From Wallemia ichthyophaga EXF-994 (Eukaryota > Fungi > Basidiomycota), in assembly GCF_000400465.1 (NCBI RefSeq), contig NW_008806282.1:20001-268000 (forward strand): 248,000 nt of DNA, written 5' to 3'. Every line of letters begins with the position of its first letter. The first letter of the stretch is position 1. The translations under genes and the position numbers were made by a program. Shown piece by piece: positions 237,280 through 248,000 of this stretch. The notes under the pieces are model-generated. The model ran no database searches, had not been told where the DNA came from, and worked only from the letters and a program-made list of their open reading frames with translations.

Positions 237280-238940
237280 ATGAGCTATCCCGAGATACCA
237301 GACATTAGCAGACTAAGTGTTGATACGCGTGGCGCAGAAATCGTAGACGATGTTACAGAGGTGGGCTACGCTGGTATTTCCCGAAATGGAACAAAGTGCT
237401 GATATCAACAACAGGACAAAGATAGTCGGGGAATCTATCTTCCCTTCCATACAGAGTCTGTATCCCATATTGCCCTAGACGTAAGTGCTCGCGCTAGATT
237501 TACCCCCATTTCTTATTAATAACGGGGAACAGATTGGTGGAAGTCTCGCAAAGTGTGTTTATTTCTCGCGGACATCCCGCAGGAGAAGCAGCACAGCGTC
237601 TAGTAAGAGCACGAAGAGCACGAATCGAAACAGTCCCCCACCTCTTCAACCGCCGCCATCACCTAAACCAAACGGAACGCTAACCCCGAACATTCTCAAA
237701 CCAATCAGCAACGACGCATGTACCCCTGTGTCTCCATTGTATAGCTCTGGCGGTAGTTATTTTGACGTTCAGAGCAGCTCTCACTCCGACAGCGCGAAGA
237801 TCAGACCGGGATTCGGCAGTCACGGCCGATCGAAATCTAAACACATACCGGGTGGTCAGCTTAACTTTGTCAAGTTTGAGACTGAGCATATAGAAGAGTG
237901 TATTGACTTCTTGCGCAACCTTATTGATCAATCAGCAAATGTCAATGATGTTAGTCTTGATCAAATGAGGGCCAGCATCAAAATTGTTATGACCGGAGGC
238001 GGTGCCCACAAGCTTGGAGATGTTTTTGAAGACCAGCTCAAGACTGCTGTAGCAAAAGAGGAGGAAATGGAATGTCTGATAACTGGCTTACAGTTTATTA
238101 CAACTATTCCCAAGGAGGTCTTTTGGTGAGTGCTGGGATTGCTGTTAAATCATCATGTCTGACATGTCATCAAAGGTACTCTGATGAGTTGGTGTACTCA
238201 GTCAGTCACAAGAAGCAGAAGAAAACTATATTACCCCAAGAGGAACTTCCAAGGCCATCGCCGAACCCGCCCCAGTTTAGCGTCAGCTTCGACAAACCGA
238301 CTGAGTTTGAGTATCCTTGTCTGCTTGTCAACATCGGATCAGGGGTGTCTATTATCAAAGTGAACTCCGACGGCTCCTTCGAGCGTGTCTCTGGAACCTC
238401 TCTTGGTGGGGGAACACTTTGGGGTTTATTGTCGCTCCTCACGCCAGCCACGTCGTTTGATGAGATGTTAGCGTTGTCAGAAACAGGAGATAACAACTCA
238501 GTAGATATGCTCGTAGGCGATATTTACGGTAGCGATTACGGAAAAATTGGTTTAAAGGCGACGACAATCGCTTCATCATTCGGTAAGGTTTTCAAGAAAG
238601 GCGATAACAATCGCAAGAAAGAATTCAAGCCTGAAGACATCAGTAAAAGTATGTTGTTCATGATCAGCAACAATATTGGTCACATTGCGTACATGCAAGC
238701 AGAGAAACATAACGTGGATAGAATCTATTTTGGAGGGTGTTTCATTAGAGGTTTGTGAAATGTGTTGGCTGATTCTTTTCTCACACCATCGTAATAGGAC
238801 ACGCTGCTACGATCTCAACCCTCAGCTATGCTATCCGTTTTTGGAGCAAAGGTACGAAAAGGGCCATGTTCCTTCGTCATGAGGGCTTCTTAGGTAGTCT
238901 TGGTGCTTGGATAAAGAACATAGACGAAGAGCACTACTGA
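237280..238940 (+). CDS. CAB1: Type II pantothenate kinase
   Basis: TGGGAHK, EMECLITG, LVNIGSGVS, GTSLGGGT. Confidence 0.92.
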
Positions 238941-239030
238941 TTACCAATGAGAAATGTATCCCTTCTGATTGATTACTAGTCTATTGTAAAACTGTATTTC
239001 TAAGTATACATTTGTTAACGCAAGACAACC

Positions 239031-239796
239031 ATGGGGGATCTGCAATTAGGTGAGCAGAATGCGTAAGGACTTGGCAAAATTTAATGTGCGTCTAGATAGT
239101 ATATTTGGTAGATCGCCCTCACCACCACCAGCAGCGCCACCAAAGTACGAGAGCTACACTTACAAAGGACGAGAATTGAAGATACGGTTAGAATCATTTC
239201 ATCCATTGTGGGCGCATTATCTCTGGAATGCAAGTAGAGTATTCTGTAACTATCTAATCAACAACAATCTGTGTAAAGGAAAGAGCGTATGCGAGTTGGG
239301 TGCAGGAGCCGGACTTCCGTCGCTAGTCTCAGCGTTGGAAGGAGCAGATAAGACGGTGGTTACAGACTACCCAGATGAGCCGCTTTTGAACAACCTCCGA
239401 ATCAACGTCGGTGAATGCTTAGAAGAAAACGCTCAGAACAAGATAAAGGTTGAGGGATTTGTTTGGGGTTCTGATATAGCAAATCTCCTTGCAGCCAACA
239501 ACGGCAACAAATTTGACATTCTTATTCTGTCTGATTTGGTGTTTAACCATTCTCAGCACAACTCGCTGCTGAAAAGTTGTAAGGGATTGATAGCCCAAGG
239601 TGGACAGTGTCTCGTCTTTTTCAGTCACCACCGCCCACATAAGGCTAAAGAGGATATGGGATTCTTCGATAAAGCTGCAGAAGAAGGCTGGATTGTCGAG
239701 CGTGTAGTGGAAGAGCGTGTTGGCGTCATGTTCGAAGAAGACACTGGAGATGAAGGTGTCCGAGCCACAGTGCATGGATTTAAGCTTACATTGTAG
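239031..239796 (+). CDS. NNT1: Protein N-terminal/lysine methyltransferase Efm7/Nnt1
   Basis: HPLWAHYLWNA, ELGAGAGLPSL, TDYPD. Confidence 0.88.
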
Positions 239797-239866
239797 ATAC
239801 TGTAGATGCTTTTTGTAATATTCTCCTTATCTCGTGGATTCTGTTATTCCAACTAATACGATCATC

Positions 239867-240130
239867 ATGAGCGAGAGACTCGGTTTGCCAGCTCCACCTG
239901 CAGATGGAGAGAAGACGACGGTGCAAGTCAATGGAGAAAGCCTCAGCCTTGATCATCTCGGTCCAATGGTGGTCAATTCCGACGGCACATTGAGCAGGAT
240001 ACAGAATTGGGAAGGAATGAGTCAGATCGAGAGGGAAAAAACGCTGAGACTGATAGTTAAACGGAACAGGTGAGCTGGAGCTGCTTTGAGATGTTTGAAA
240101 ACCAGCTAAAGCACCTTAACCAGACAAAGA
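239867..240130 (+). CDS. Small conserved hypothetical protein
   Basis: LDHLGPMVVNSDGTLSRIQNW. Confidence 0.6.
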
Positions 240131-241093
240131 TTAGACAAGCTCCAATCCGAGGGAAAGTAAAATAGATTATGCATTACAATAAACTCAGAAATTATTTTTG
240201 AAAACAGCTTTGATATAGCTGATTGAGTGTATGGGATGTACGCTATCGGTTTCGTCAGTAATCGTGATAAGAATATCTTGGATACCCAGAAATTGAGTAC
240301 CATGTGAGCCAGTAGCTTATAATGACCTTGCTGTAATGTGACAAGGTATTTAATGGTTCATCTGCGATGACTCACAAATACAACTGTCAAGATTGGGTTT
240401 CCCAGCCGGAATCTGCGTATGAAGACGGCAACGACGCTTGTTGAAAATATAAGCATCGCCCCTACTCTTATGGGCTAGTTTTGCATCAATATAAGCACAT
240501 CTCGCGTGCTAAGCCCAAGTATAAACATTCCCTTGAGCTGTTTATACCAGTACATTATGAGTCTGTGATATAGAACTGAGCCAATGTACCATAAACCTTG
240601 GAAACTAATTCGAGAACAATCCCGAGCACAAATAAATTTACCGATGTGCTCGATGTCTTATCTTAAGCATCATAGCGCGGTTGACTGACCGCCGAACAAA
240701 GCGAACAACGTAGTTCTTAATAGGACAATAAGAGACATTGATGGTGAGGCTATTCCATTAGCAAAGCAGACCGTAAAGCCCAGAAGATGCTGCTTCCAAC
240801 TCAGATCGAAGTAGCTGAATGCATAGCTCTTATTGCTCTAAGTTGTTCATATGATCAATTAGTACGCAAAGCTAGCCAATGCGTATTATCATACCGTACA
240901 AGCTTATCCATCCTTTATTTGATGGAATGGCCATGCTGCGTGAAGTATGCCAAAGACAAACGCGATTCTTTGTATTGCTGTGTATGGTGTATTACTCAAG
241001 TGGTTTGTAGCATTGTATCTCATACGAGCGATCGTGTCAGTCCGGTTAGTGGCAGTTGCCTCTTCGACTCCGACGACGATCTACACGATCAGG

Positions 241094-242582
241094 ATGAATT
241101 TGTCTTCAATGATCAATACAGACGAGCCACAAGCTAGCGCTGAAGGAAGTATACCAGCTGCACCGCAATCACAACACCCTGCATATCCTTACCCACAACC
241201 ACACCCTCAATCGCATCCACATTCTCACCCTCATTCGCTAATTGCTAGCCACGCGCTAACGCATCCTCAATCTCAGGGCTCTGAGCAGCCATCAGTACTA
241301 CCTTCCGTGTTGCAGCAGCCACACTCACAACCACGACAACCACTGCCTCAACCGCATCAGCTTTACAAAGGACTTGAGAAACCACACGATCATCCATCGC
241401 TCAATTGCTGGGAGCTGCCTTACATCTGGGCTGCAATTACGCGATTTATACCCATAGTACAACATGAGCTTCTAGACGGTGTCAGAGAGTAAGTTAGCTA
241501 CTTTTTCGATGATAAGGTATTCAATTTGCTTGTTTAGGCTGGAGGAAGCTTTGACTGCTTCGCCTGGTACTGTACATCCAACTGTTCACTTGGTTATGGA
241601 GCACATAGTCAGAATCTTTAAGCCAAAAATGTCGAATACTGAGTGAGTCGCTTGGGTTAGGTACTGAGGTAGCTGCTGATTTATTCATTAGTCCTGATGC
241701 GCTCGCCAAGCAAATTCAGTTACAGCTTTCTGATATCAAGCATTGGCCGGAGGAAGTAGTTGACCAGCCATCAGGCGCTGTCGTGGAAGACAGACCACTG
241801 AAAGATGGGAAATCATTTTGGGAAGCTGGGTGGAGGGAGAAGGTGGGTGTGATATGTTATTTGCACAATTCTAATATCAAATTAAGGTTTCTGTTATGAG
241901 ACATCTGGTTGATTTGTCGCTCTCAACACCTCAGATAAAGGACATGATAGAGAAAAACTACAGAGTATCTACAGTAGAAAGGCACAGGAAACGTCGTGAT
242001 GATCCCAAAGATAACGCTTTAGTTCTACCACCAGTAGGTGAAGACAGTAAAAGACAGAGACTTTGGGTTCTAGACGACAACCCAAGGGTGTACATATCTG
242101 GTAACCCATGGAAGAAGTCAACGACAATGACTGCTGTTACTGATACTATGGAGGATGTCGTCGCTTTGGCCAACAGTTACGCAATGTCTTCTTATCAGTC
242201 TGAAATGAAAGCCATGGAAGTTGCACAGACTGACAAATCACTGTGGAAACAACTGATGAATAACGCTAAAAAGGAGAGAGATCTGGCTGAATCATTAGCT
242301 GGGCAGCGCCAAGGTGCGTTCCTGCGCCGATGTGAAGCAGAGGAATCTAGGATTGCTCCAATGAAAAGAAGAAGGAAAGAGGAAGCAGAGGAATCAGAAA
242401 AGCACCTGTCTCAACACCCAGAAGAACGAAGGAATGTTGGTTATGGAGATGGTGAACAAACGCTGAAAAAGGAGTACGAAGATCCTCGTAGGGAAGATAG
242501 GGAAGATAGGGAAGATAATCACATCGATATAAAGAAAGAAGAATTTGCAATTGTGAGTCCTGCATTTACTTTATGTGAATAG
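241094..242582 (+). CDS. Putative chromatin-remodelling accessory protein (WHIM/Ioc3-like)
   Basis: CWELPYIW, WEAGWREK..VMRHLVD, PVGEDSKRQRLW. Confidence 0.5.
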
Positions 242583-242898
242583 TGATTAACAATACTTAAG
242601 CGAGATAAAGATGATGACGGACGGGAGCCAGAAGTGGAAGAGCCAGATGGAAGAAGGTCAAGGAGACAAACACATAATCGATCACAGACACCGTCAAAGC
242701 AAGGAACGCCATCAGACAAGTCGACGCGTTCTTCATCACGCTTAAATACCAACCAAGATGTGAGAATGGAAGAATGAGCATGTAAATTTTGATATAAATT
242801 GATTTGAATACGCCTTCGCTTGGAGTTTGTTTCCTCACCTTTGCCATTGGTTTTAATAGATCTTCAACTCGCACCCTCGCACCACAAGCAAGTTAAAA

Positions 242899-244231
242899 AT
242901 GTTACCAAGAGTATTCATTGACTGGAATATCGACGGCGAATACGCTGGTAGATTGATATTTGAATTATACAGCGACAAAGTACCAAAGACGGCCGAGAAC
243001 TTCAAATCCCTCTGTACGGGTGAGAGAGGATCAGATGAGGCTACAGGTGGGTTACGATGCTCGAATGAATCTACAAGGCTTATGCTGGTGTACAGGAAAC
243101 AGCCTCACCTACAAGAACTCCATCTCTCACCGCATAATCAAAGGTTTCATGATACAGTTTGGTGATATCACAAATGGAAACGGTACGGGTGGTTTGTCCA
243201 TCTATGGAGGTAAATTCGAGGATGAGAACTTTGATCTTAAGCATACGAAGCGCGGTCAATTGTCCATGGCTAATGCAGGTCCCGACACAGTGAGTTCGGT
243301 GTCAGTTTCTTTATGATCTAGACTTAAGGTTATTTAGAATGGATCTCAAGTGTTTGTTACTTTTTGCCCCTGCCCGCATTTAGATGGAAGGTGTGTTTGT
243401 TACACTGGTACGCTTTCACAATAGTCTAAACATATACACGCAGACATGTCGTTTTCGGTGAACTTGCTAAAGGCAAAGGATTGCTGCGTAGAGTGAGCTA
243501 CTTATAAGTTGACTAGTGTTTCGCTAAACCTCAATTTAGCTCGAAAATACACAAACTGTTGACAACGACTTCCCTGCCGTCGACGTGCGTATCGTTGATT
243601 CAGGTTTAGTCCGAGAGGGAGAGGATGACGGTGTACCTCCACTCTCAATTGGTGATCATGAGGTAGGCTCATTTAAACATTCGATATGCTGCTAACCGTT
243701 ACAAAGGATTACCCTGAAGACGATGACGCAGAGACTGAGAAGCCAGAAGTAGCGTTGGAGATAGCTCAATCAATTAAAGACAAGGGAGCTCAATGCTTCA
243801 AGCAGCAGGACGTTGAAGGAGCTTTAGATCAATGGGAGAAAGCTATAAGATACCTTGACGTTAATCCAGTTTTGCCCGAGGAAACTGCGAACGTTACCAA
243901 AGCATTATACTCAACAACGAGAGTACAATTATACTTGAACGCTTCTTTAGCCGCTCTCAAGTTAAACAAAGCGCCTGTAGCCGAGTCAATGGCAACGAAA
244001 GCTATCAGAGTACCACCAACTAAGAGTCAAGACATAGCCAAGGGTTTGTACAGGAGAGCGCTTGCAAAATCAGCACGTAAGAATGATGCCGGTGCTCTTG
244101 ACGATCTCCATTACGCAATCAAAGTCGAACCTCAAGACAAAAACATACATAGCCAAATAGCTACCCTCGAAAAGAAGGTGGAGGGCTTCAAATTGAAAGA
244201 AAAACAAGTTTACAGTAAAATGTTTGAATAA
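242899..244231 (+). CDS. CPR6: Cyclophilin 40 (PPIase + TPR)
   Basis: [33 protein letters not shown]; TPRs. Confidence 0.9.
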
Positions 244232-244410
244232 ATGTTTGTTATCTGCCTTTTGAAATTATGGAGACCACGACGGATAAGCATTCTGACTGTATATGTAGAG
244301 AATGACTTCTCTCTTTATAAAAGACTTGAAAAAAACCCTATGAAATGTAGGCTTTGCATTTGAGTTCCACTCACTCGTTTTCTAACCTCGACCACCAACC
244401 AAATATCTCA

Positions 244411-247069
244411 ATGAGCGGTTATTACGATAACAGAGGCGGAAGTAGACGAGGCGGAAGAGACGGAGGGAGTAGAGGTGGTTACCAAAAGCGTAATTTCTAT
244501 AGGGATGATCACGTCGAACCTCAAAGAGATACTCGCTGGGAGAAGCTTGAATCTCGCATAAAGAACCTCGCAGAAGATGATGTACGTAAGGGCTAGTTTG
244601 TTAAATATCTCATAACATATCTTAGGGATTTGAAATAGAATCTGATCTACCAAGATTAGCTAGAGCTATTCAAGCCGCGTTTGAATACTACGAAGATGTG
244701 ATCCCAGATACAATTTACAAGTTTTTTACACAACAACCCCACAAATCTCAGTTATATGCATCGCTGGTCTTACTTTTGTCTATTTCATTTGACAACCAAG
244801 ATAATCAAGACGCTGGAATTGTTGGTCAGAAAGTACTCGACCACTGTTTGATTAGATGGAAGGATGCCTTGGAAAGTAGAAGATGGATGGAAATGAGAAT
244901 TGGCACTAACTTCTTTGCCAACTTGGTTCCTGCTCTTATTTCACCTGAATCGTTCTATGAGACTATTAACACGTTCGTCAAAGTGCTAGAGGAGCCAGGC
245001 GTATCATCGCTTCGAGCCGAAAGAGCGATTGAGTGTGCATCCGAAGCACTTATATACGCTAGCAGCTTCCTCACAACTCAATCAAAAGAAAGATACGAAG
245101 GTTTCGTAAACAGAATAGAGCAGTATGTTCAAAATGAAGAGATAAATGACACGAGACTGTTGCTCTACCCATGGGTCAATCTACCAAAAAATAACAGCAG
245201 GAACAAGGTTGACAATTGTGTCGATCCAATTCAAATTTATATCAAGACTTTACGTTCTCTTTCCGAGTCAGAATTTAAAGATCCTAAGCTACCTTTGTTT
245301 GATATAGAAGAGGTTTTACCAACTGTCCGAGAAGTTGATCCTGCATTACGCACAGAATTACCCAGCTTGTTGGTACCAGCTGACGATTATAATACTACCT
245401 CAAGGCCCAACAGTGAACTTTCTAGATGGAAGTTACATATTATCGAAGATGACACAGTCCCTTCACCTGACTCTGGAGATGGCGTCATTGTTTACTCCGT
245501 CCTCAGAGATATGATTACGCTATACAATAGAAATAGGATCGACTGCGCAAAAATATTGATGGACGTGCCTACATTCTTTCAAGGTAATCTTTTCAATGTT
245601 GATGGGTATAGTTTGGAGTCTACCCTTGTTTCAACAATTTTGAGCGAGTTACTCACCCTTCCTGAGCCCAAACATCCCAAACTTTATTACTCTAGTCTTA
245701 TTACTGAGCTATGTAAGCTAAGTCCAAAGACCGTTGCTCCAGCTCTTGGTAGATCCATACGCAAAATATATGGCTTCATCGGTGAGGGCTTGGATGTAGA
245801 GATCATAATGCGATTCAGCGAGTGGTTTGCAACTCATCTGTCCAACTTTGGCTTCAATTGGGTGTGGAAAGAATGGTGGGTTGCTACACGTAATGAAATA
245901 AATCCTCTAACCATGACAAAAGGATACCTGATTTAGACTTACCTGACAATCATCCAAAGAGGATGTTTATCAAAAGGGTGATTGAATTGGAGATTCGTTT
246001 GAGCTATTTCGATAGGATTAATCAAACACTTCCCGAGGCACTCCTCAACAAGGCTGGTATGGTGGTATCTCCAATGCCAAACTTCATCTACGCGAACGAA
246101 GAGCATCCATATAATGCAACAACAACGAGTGTTATGGATTCAATGAGAAACAAGATAACGTCAGATGCCATGATAAAGAATATCGTCAAAATCGAAGAAG
246201 ATTTGAAAGAGAATCCATCATTACCACAAAGCGGAAACTCTGCTAAGAAGGTTGCTAGAGATATAGCCACGCAGTGTTTATTAAATGTTGGCTCGAGATC
246301 TTTCTCTCACTTTCTCAATGTGATTGAGAAGTACATTGAAGTCATAAAATATCTCACTGCTGATAAAGATTCCCGTATCGATTTGCTGAGATCTGTTGGT
246401 AGGTTTTGGGTAAGAAACAGTCAAATGAAGAAGATAATAGTGGACAAATTGCTTCAATACAGACTGATTGAACCAACTGATGTTGTTCAATGGTTATTCA
246501 ATCCAAACGATCCAGAATTCCCTTCGGAAGTTGATGACACCGTGTATCAAATAGGATGGTCAGATTTAAACTTTGGAGATTTATTAAAAACCGCTCTCAA
246601 CAAGGTCAACACCAGAGTAAATCAACAATATCAAAAGTTAGTTGAAACGAAGAAAAATGATGAGGAAGTCGCATCGATTGCTAAAGCGCGTAACATGGAG
246701 ATAGACAATGAAGATGAGACTACTAAGGAAGAAGAAAGAAGAGATTACTCACAGCTGCAATTAACGTTTGACAATCTCAACAGAGAGCAAAGAGAATGTT
246801 TCGTCTTGCTTGTTCAAGCATTTGTTGAAGCGTTAGAAGGTGTCGACAGTATTTCTGACAAGAGTATAGAAGAGTATACAGATCAAGATTGGGACAAGTG
246901 GTTATCTTGGTCATGGTACCAAGCTTTCTTGAGAGAATATTGGCCATCTATCTCCGAAACTGTGGAGACCATTCAGGTACTATCGTTCAATTCTCTAACA
247001 GACAAAGAAAACGACCCTCGCTGGCAATTGTGGAAATCTGCCCTTGCCTTGTCGAACAGATGCAATTGA
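244411..247069 (+). CDS. STO1: Nuclear cap-binding complex large subunit
   Basis: QQPHKSQLYA, WFATHLSNFGFNWVWKEW, EIRLSYFDRI. Confidence 0.88.
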
Positions 247070-247266
247070 TGCTTCTTAAATAAATCTATTAAATTTAAAA
247101 TCCATGCTTTTTTGTTATTCAAATTAAAAGCTGAAGTTTTGCAGGTCATAAGTAAGGTCATTTGACTCACATATGATTAGAAAAGGGTACCTGTTTCGCA
247201 ATCGTTTCTAAGAATTGAGCGACTGCGTCTCGCTTCATTGAAAACCTCAACCCAATACAACAGAGT

Positions 247267-248000
247267 ATGAGCCACGTACACTCAATAGCAAAGGAAGGAT
247301 TCGGTCCCAACTCAAACTTGTACGATGAGCATCGTCCCAGCTATTCAGAAGAAGCGGTATCCGAGGTAAGTCGGACGGGGTGGTTGTGTACTTAACCAAC
247401 GATGTGCAGATCATTAGAAATATCCCCAATAAGCCAGCTAGAGTGTTAGAATTAGGAAGTGGAACCGGAATTTTCACAAGAGCGCTTTTAAGTCATACAA
247501 CTACTGAGATTCAAAGTTTGATAGCAGCCGAACCGAGTGAAGACATGAGAAAGACCTGTGCTGATAGCTTAAACAATGACATTGTTAAAGGACGAGAAGT
247601 CGAAGTCATTGAAGGCACTTTTGAACACATAGAGGCAGAGGACGACTTATTCGACATCGTGATCATAGCTCAAGCTTATCATTGGTGTGCAGACTATGAC
247701 AAGTCTTTGAAAGAGCTCAAAAGAGTTATGAAGCCTCACGGTAAACTAGCCCTTACGTGGAACATGGAAGACAAATATAATAAGAAATGGGTTGCAAATG
247801 CGAGAAACATATATGAGAAGTATGATGTTGGCACACCGCAATACAGATTAGGGGAATGGAAAGCTCTTTTTGATACAGACGCTTACAGATCTTATTACAA
247901 AGGAGTTGATTATAACAAGTACCTTAGGCATCTTCCACTATCCTTACAAGGATACAAAGATAGGCAAAGCACGAAATCTTTCATCAACATCCTTCCTATC
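247267..248000 (+). CDS. SAM-dependent methyltransferase type 11 (partial, runs off window)
   Basis: YDEHRPSY, LELGSGTG, IAQAYHW. Confidence 0.8.

Overview
Eukaryotic, gene-dense fungal chromosome segment of about 135 protein-coding genes with many ~40-55 nt GT-AG introns and very short intergenic spacers. eEF3 plus basidiomycete-type genes (beta-flanking protein, Rra1/PalH-like, Xpt1-like Stealth protein, Kv channel) point to a compact-genome basidiomycete, most likely Wallemia (inference, not a database result). Most of the window is housekeeping genes. I found no tRNA/rRNA genes, transposons or CRISPR arrays. The unusual signals concern gene architecture: (1) an in-frame fusion of a PUL-less DOA1/UFD3 (WD40+PFU) to an Hst2/SIRT2 sirtuin; (2) a 495-nt YRA1 intron closed by a perfect 18-bp stem that covers a poison 3' splice site; (3) two apparent snapshots of intron gain (a tandemly duplicated 46-nt intron around a 2-nt microexon, and a microsatellite-filled intron with 12-bp terminal direct repeats); (4) a duplicated alternative last exon of eEF3; (5) three introns that split the ATG; (6) a 5-oxoprolinase cut at the A/B domain boundary; (7) a degenerate Dbp5-like pseudo-helicase; (8) many head-to-head gene pairs only 25-60 bp apart. 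Gene boundaries were read by eye from ORFs and splice motifs, so many ends are approximate.
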